DNA of 27,178 bases, taken from positions 1-27,178 of the forward strand of contig JAHJQN010000006.1 in assembly GCA_018819225.1 (NCBI GenBank), read 5' to 3'. Position 1 is the stretch's first letter; each line of letters opens with the position of its first letter. Positions 24,171 through 27,178 of this stretch are shown one piece after another. The notes under the pieces were generated by a model. The model did no database searches, had not been told where the DNA came from, and saw nothing but the letters and a program-made list of their open reading frames with translations. Made by a program: the position numbers and the translations under genes. This DNA is from Candidatus Micrarchaeota archaeon (lineage in GTDB: Archaea; Micrarchaeota; Micrarchaeia; Norongarragalinales; SBBD01).

Positions 24171-25973
24171 ATGCCGAAGAAAAGACGACCCGCAGATCGT
24201 CCGGAAGGAAGAACGCGCGCGGAAAGAAGTATGACCCACGCCATCGTGGAAACGCATGGCGGAAACACCATTCTCGCGCTCAATAATCGTGTTTGGGTGA
24301 AGGTCGGAGACCGCGTGATGGAAAAGCAAGTCGTCGACTTGCAGCGCGGAGACAAAGTCTTGGAACGCGCGCCTCATGTTCGGTTATCCCTCAATGCCAT
24401 TCAAGAAGCGCTTCTTCGAGAAGATGCGGCGTATCAAGCGGACCACCGCACGTTACACGAATATGAACCGGGAACCGGAACTCCCATTCCAAAATTGCAA
24501 CAATTTTTATTAGATACAGCGGGATTAACCCGGACACAAGTATCAAATTCCCGAAGTGCACTGGAAGCCGCTCGAAACATTCGCACGAGAATCTATAACT
24601 TAGGAACCCGATCTCGAAATTTAAGCACTAAATGGTGGCATATAACTCCGCAAGCATTGGAACGTTCAGAGCGATCCATCACCAGTTGGATTACCGGCCA
24701 AACGGTATTGCCTTCGGATCCACGACTCTTACGTTTATTGCGAACATTCGATGTTCCGCGTTTTGAACGTTTATTTATGATTAGAAAAAGTCAGCTAAAA
24801 CACAGCGACAGTAGTGCTCCAACGGATTTATTGCGAGCGCATCGAAGCTGGAGAACATCTCACCAAACTTTGACGCGATGGATCAGCGGATTCTCGCGCC
24901 ATGCCATTGCAACAGGAAACGAAGAATTCGAGTTACCTTCTGAAGAGCAAACGCGTGAACGAGATGAAGCCAGCAGTGGAATACCGGCACAACGAGAAAA
25001 GCTTGCAGAACAACGACGACTCATTTATGAACGTCTCATCACCCCCGTTTATGAGAGAGCTCGTGATACGCAATACGGTTTTACTGCAGTAAAAGGTATT
25101 CAGCGCATTTCAACAGCTCACGCACGCCAGCAAACACCCCGATCAGTTCCTAGGCCCTTACTACCTCGAGGCGTATTGATTACGGAACGCGTTAATCCGG
25201 AAGAAGTCAGTGATGTTACTCGAACGAACCCGCGAGAACTACTGCGCGAAGGCACGGTTCTAAGTGGAATGATGGCGCGTGCGTTTGATGACCTTTCAAT
25301 TCAAATCGGGAAAAAAACGGTTACAGGAAGAGGCATGCTGGTTTCTCACTTGTTAGCAAGCGCAAAAAATATTGAACAATCAAGGGAACAAGATGTCTAT
25401 GCGTTATCAGGACCGTTGCTTCGAGAGCGGTTGGATCGCAGTGAAGCGCTTCGAGTCGTTGAACTGGCATTCCGTAAACTGAACTCAGGCGAGTTGGATC
25501 AACGCTATGGTCTTCCCAAAGGTACGTTGCTTAAAGCCCAGGAAAGAACCGATCGATTGCTTCGAGCCATTCCCGTGCGAACCGAAATCAATCAATTCAA
25601 GAATATGGCAGCGGACATGCCACGCATTCCATGGGATCGAATGACCCATGCAGACAGAGAGAAAGTAAGGGAAGAAATTAAGAGAAGAGTTATTCCTTTG
25701 ATTCAGCGCATTAGCTCGTACGGAATCGGCATAAATGGAGTACCTATTCCAGAAAGGGAAAACCTGCACACACTCGCGGATTTGCAGCAGTACGCGAAAC
25801 AAAATGATCCAAAACGTTGGAAAGAATTCGGCGTTCGGGGAACCACGTACATGGAACTGCCCCCCACTTCTCGGGAAGTCGTTCGTTTCGCGAAGCGCTT
25901 GGCTCCAACGGCTTGGAAACCGTTAGTCGAACTTTATGGCAAACGCAACTTCATTCGATTGCCTCGTGAATAG
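24171..25973 (+). CDS. Hypothetical Arg-rich protein (about 600 aa)
   Basis: Long open frame; likely start MPKKRRP; possible HTH-like segment SERSITSWITGQTVLP. Confidence 0.8.
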   Translation: MPKKRRPADRPEGRTRAERSMTHAIVETHGGNTILALNNRVWVKVGDRVMEKQVVDLQRGDKVLERAPHVRLSLNAIQEALLREDAAYQADHRTLHEYEPGTGTPIPKLQQFLLDTAGLTRTQVSNSRSALEAARNIRTRIYNLGTRSRNLSTKWWHITPQALERSERSITSWITGQTVLPSDPRLLRLLRTFDVPRFERLFMIRKSQLKHSDSSAPTDLLRAHRSWRTSHQTLTRWISGFSRHAIATGNEEFELPSEEQTRERDEASSGIPAQREKLAEQRRLIYERLITPVYERARDTQYGFTAVKGIQRISTAHARQQTPRSVPRPLLPRGVLITERVNPEEVSDVTRTNPRELLREGTVLSGMMARAFDDLSIQIGKKTVTGRGMLVSHLLASAKNIEQSREQDVYALSGPLLRERLDRSEALRVVELAFRKLNSGELDQRYGLPKGTLLKAQERTDRLLRAIPVRTEINQFKNMAADMPRIPWDRMTHADREKVREEIKRRVIPLIQRISSYGIGINGVPIPERENLHTLADLQQYAKQNDPKRWKEFGVRGTTYMELPPTSREVVRFAKRLAPTAWKPLVELYGKRNFIRLPRE

Positions 25974-25976
25974 CGA

Positions 25977-26450
25977 TTAGTTCAACTGCCATATACTGAG
26001 GTTCAAGAACGCAGCGAACGTGGTCCAAACCAAATAGGGGACCAATAACCACCCCGCACGCTTATCCACTCTCCAGAATAGTGCCAATGTGAACGCCAGC
26101 ACCATCCACAACAAAGCAATCACGACGAGCCCGTAAAAAGGCGTACGCCAACCAAAAAACGCAAGGGACCACAACGCGTTAAGTACCAATTGGGCTCCAA
26201 AAACCGGGAGGGCACGCCGTGCTTCTTTTTTCTTCTTCGCGTTTACCCAGACCAGGTACAACGCAATACCCATGAGCACGTATAGAACCGTCCACACGGG
26301 TGCAAATACCCAAGAAGGAGGAGTAAACCACGGTTTCACGAGACCGGCATACCAAGTGGGAATCGCAGGCGAAGTAAAGAAACCGCCAATCAATCCCGCG
26401 AGCACGCTCACTCCGATACTCACAACCAATTTGAAATAATCGGTTTTCAT
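25977..26450 (-). CDS. tspO: TspO/MBR tryptophan-rich sensory protein
   Basis: WYAGLVKPWFTPPSWVFAPVWT.LY, QLVLNALWS and LLVPYLVW..FA. Confidence 0.96.
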   Translation of the reverse strand: MKTDYFKLVVSIGVSVLAGLIGGFFTSPAIPTWYAGLVKPWFTPPSWVFAPVWTVLYVLMGIALYLVWVNAKKKKEARRALPVFGAQLVLNALWSLAFFGWRTPFYGLVVIALLWMVLAFTLALFWRVDKRAGWLLVPYLVWTTFAAFLNLSIWQLN

Positions 26451-26689
26451 GTAGGTGAAAAAGGGAAGTAACCCGAGAATAAAAAGGTCTTACCTTGAAC
26501 AGGAGCCTCATCTAAATCACTATTCCAGGACACGCGCATCTTCGCGCGTAAACCCGTTGCCAACTCGATTCGGAAATGGTATTAAATGCGTTCCATTTTG
26601 AAAATGTTGGAAGGAAATACCCAATCAAGATTCTATTCTAACGCTAGGTTTACGCCTCAAATAAAGTCTTAGCTTGGGATTTGCCTTTT

Positions 26690-27178
26690 TTATTCGTTGA
26701 TTTGATTTATTCCATCCACGTACGATGTGAATCGGTTTCGAGTCTCGCCGACCGCGATTGCATTGGTATCGATGGGAGACGCCGGTTTCTCTGGAGGCTT
26801 CCGAAAAGAGGACGCATAGTAAATGGCGAGGCCGACGATGATCACTAATGCTACAAGCGCGTACCACCACGTAAACGAAGCCTTGGAAGAACGCGCCTTT
26901 AACACCAATTCCCTCAGACGCTCTCGAGCCCGATCCATCAACGAAACCGCTTTTTCATCATCTCCCGCATCACGCGCCTCCAACGCATCCAGCATCAACT
27001 GCTCAACCCCCCGAATATCCTCACCCGACTCATACGCTTCCATTAATTGGTCCTGCACCTCCGGTTCGAAACCCTGCCAGTCAACAGTCGGCGAAGGCGT
27101 ATCCGTACCCGTGCCCGAAGTAGGAGTCGGCGCCGTCGTCGGAGTAGACGTGCCCGTTGTTCCACCCGTATACCCACC
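26690..27178 (-). CDS. Surface protein paralog 3, C-terminal part (5' end outside the window)
   Basis: PSPTVDWQGFEPEVQDQLMEAYESGEDIRGVEQLM...KARSSKASFTWWYAL+TM, matching the C-terminus of paralog 2. Confidence 0.9.
   Translation of the reverse strand, partial: GGYTGGTTGTSTPTTAPTPTSGTGTDTPSPTVDWQGFEPEVQDQLMEAYESGEDIRGVEQLMLDALEARDAGDDEKAVSLMDRARERLRELVLKARSSKASFTWWYALVALVIIVGLAIYYASSFRKPPEKPASPIDTNAIAVGETRNRFTSYVDGINQINE
27051..27175. repeat. 125-bp exact direct repeat, copy 2
   Basis: Identical to 5..129. Confidence 0.95.

Noticed and set aside
26451-26689. Possible small gene or ncRNA in the 240-bp gap
   Set aside because: No convincing ORF, stem structure or motif found by eye.
1-27178. 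Circular plasmid or virus suggested by the terminal repeat
   Set aside because: The bases flanking the repeat differ at both ends, the repeat is a paralog stalk segment, the cargo is housekeeping (rpoK/L, tRNA, trmI), and no replication or capsid genes were seen.

Overview
27.2-kb gene-dense archaeal chromosomal segment. Archaeal markers are rpoK/rpoL, archaeal DtdA, UPF0147, TrmI, a KaiC/RAD55-like ATPase and a BHB-intron tRNA. Gene style and content suggest a DPANN lineage such as Micrarchaeota or Diapherotrites (inference). Contents: three paralogous surface-protein genes (GH-like head, Cys-rich/PT stalk, C-terminal membrane anchor), two truncated by the window ends, which share a 125-bp exact repeat; a Uba3/Caldiarchaeum-like E1 enzyme; a large beta-propeller surface protein with a VPD-type C-terminal sorting tail; a probably inactive clan GH-A surface protein; a five-gene thiol-redox cluster (TlpA-DUF3179, DsbA, Cys-Cys membrane protein, glutaredoxin, TrxB); a two-intron tRNA-Ile with the rare UAU anticodon; a GT4 gene whose start is duplicated upstream around a hairpin; housekeeping and stress genes; and two ORFans. 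No transposase, integrase, reverse transcriptase or CRISPR array was seen. All calls come from motif recognition by eye; no database searches were run.
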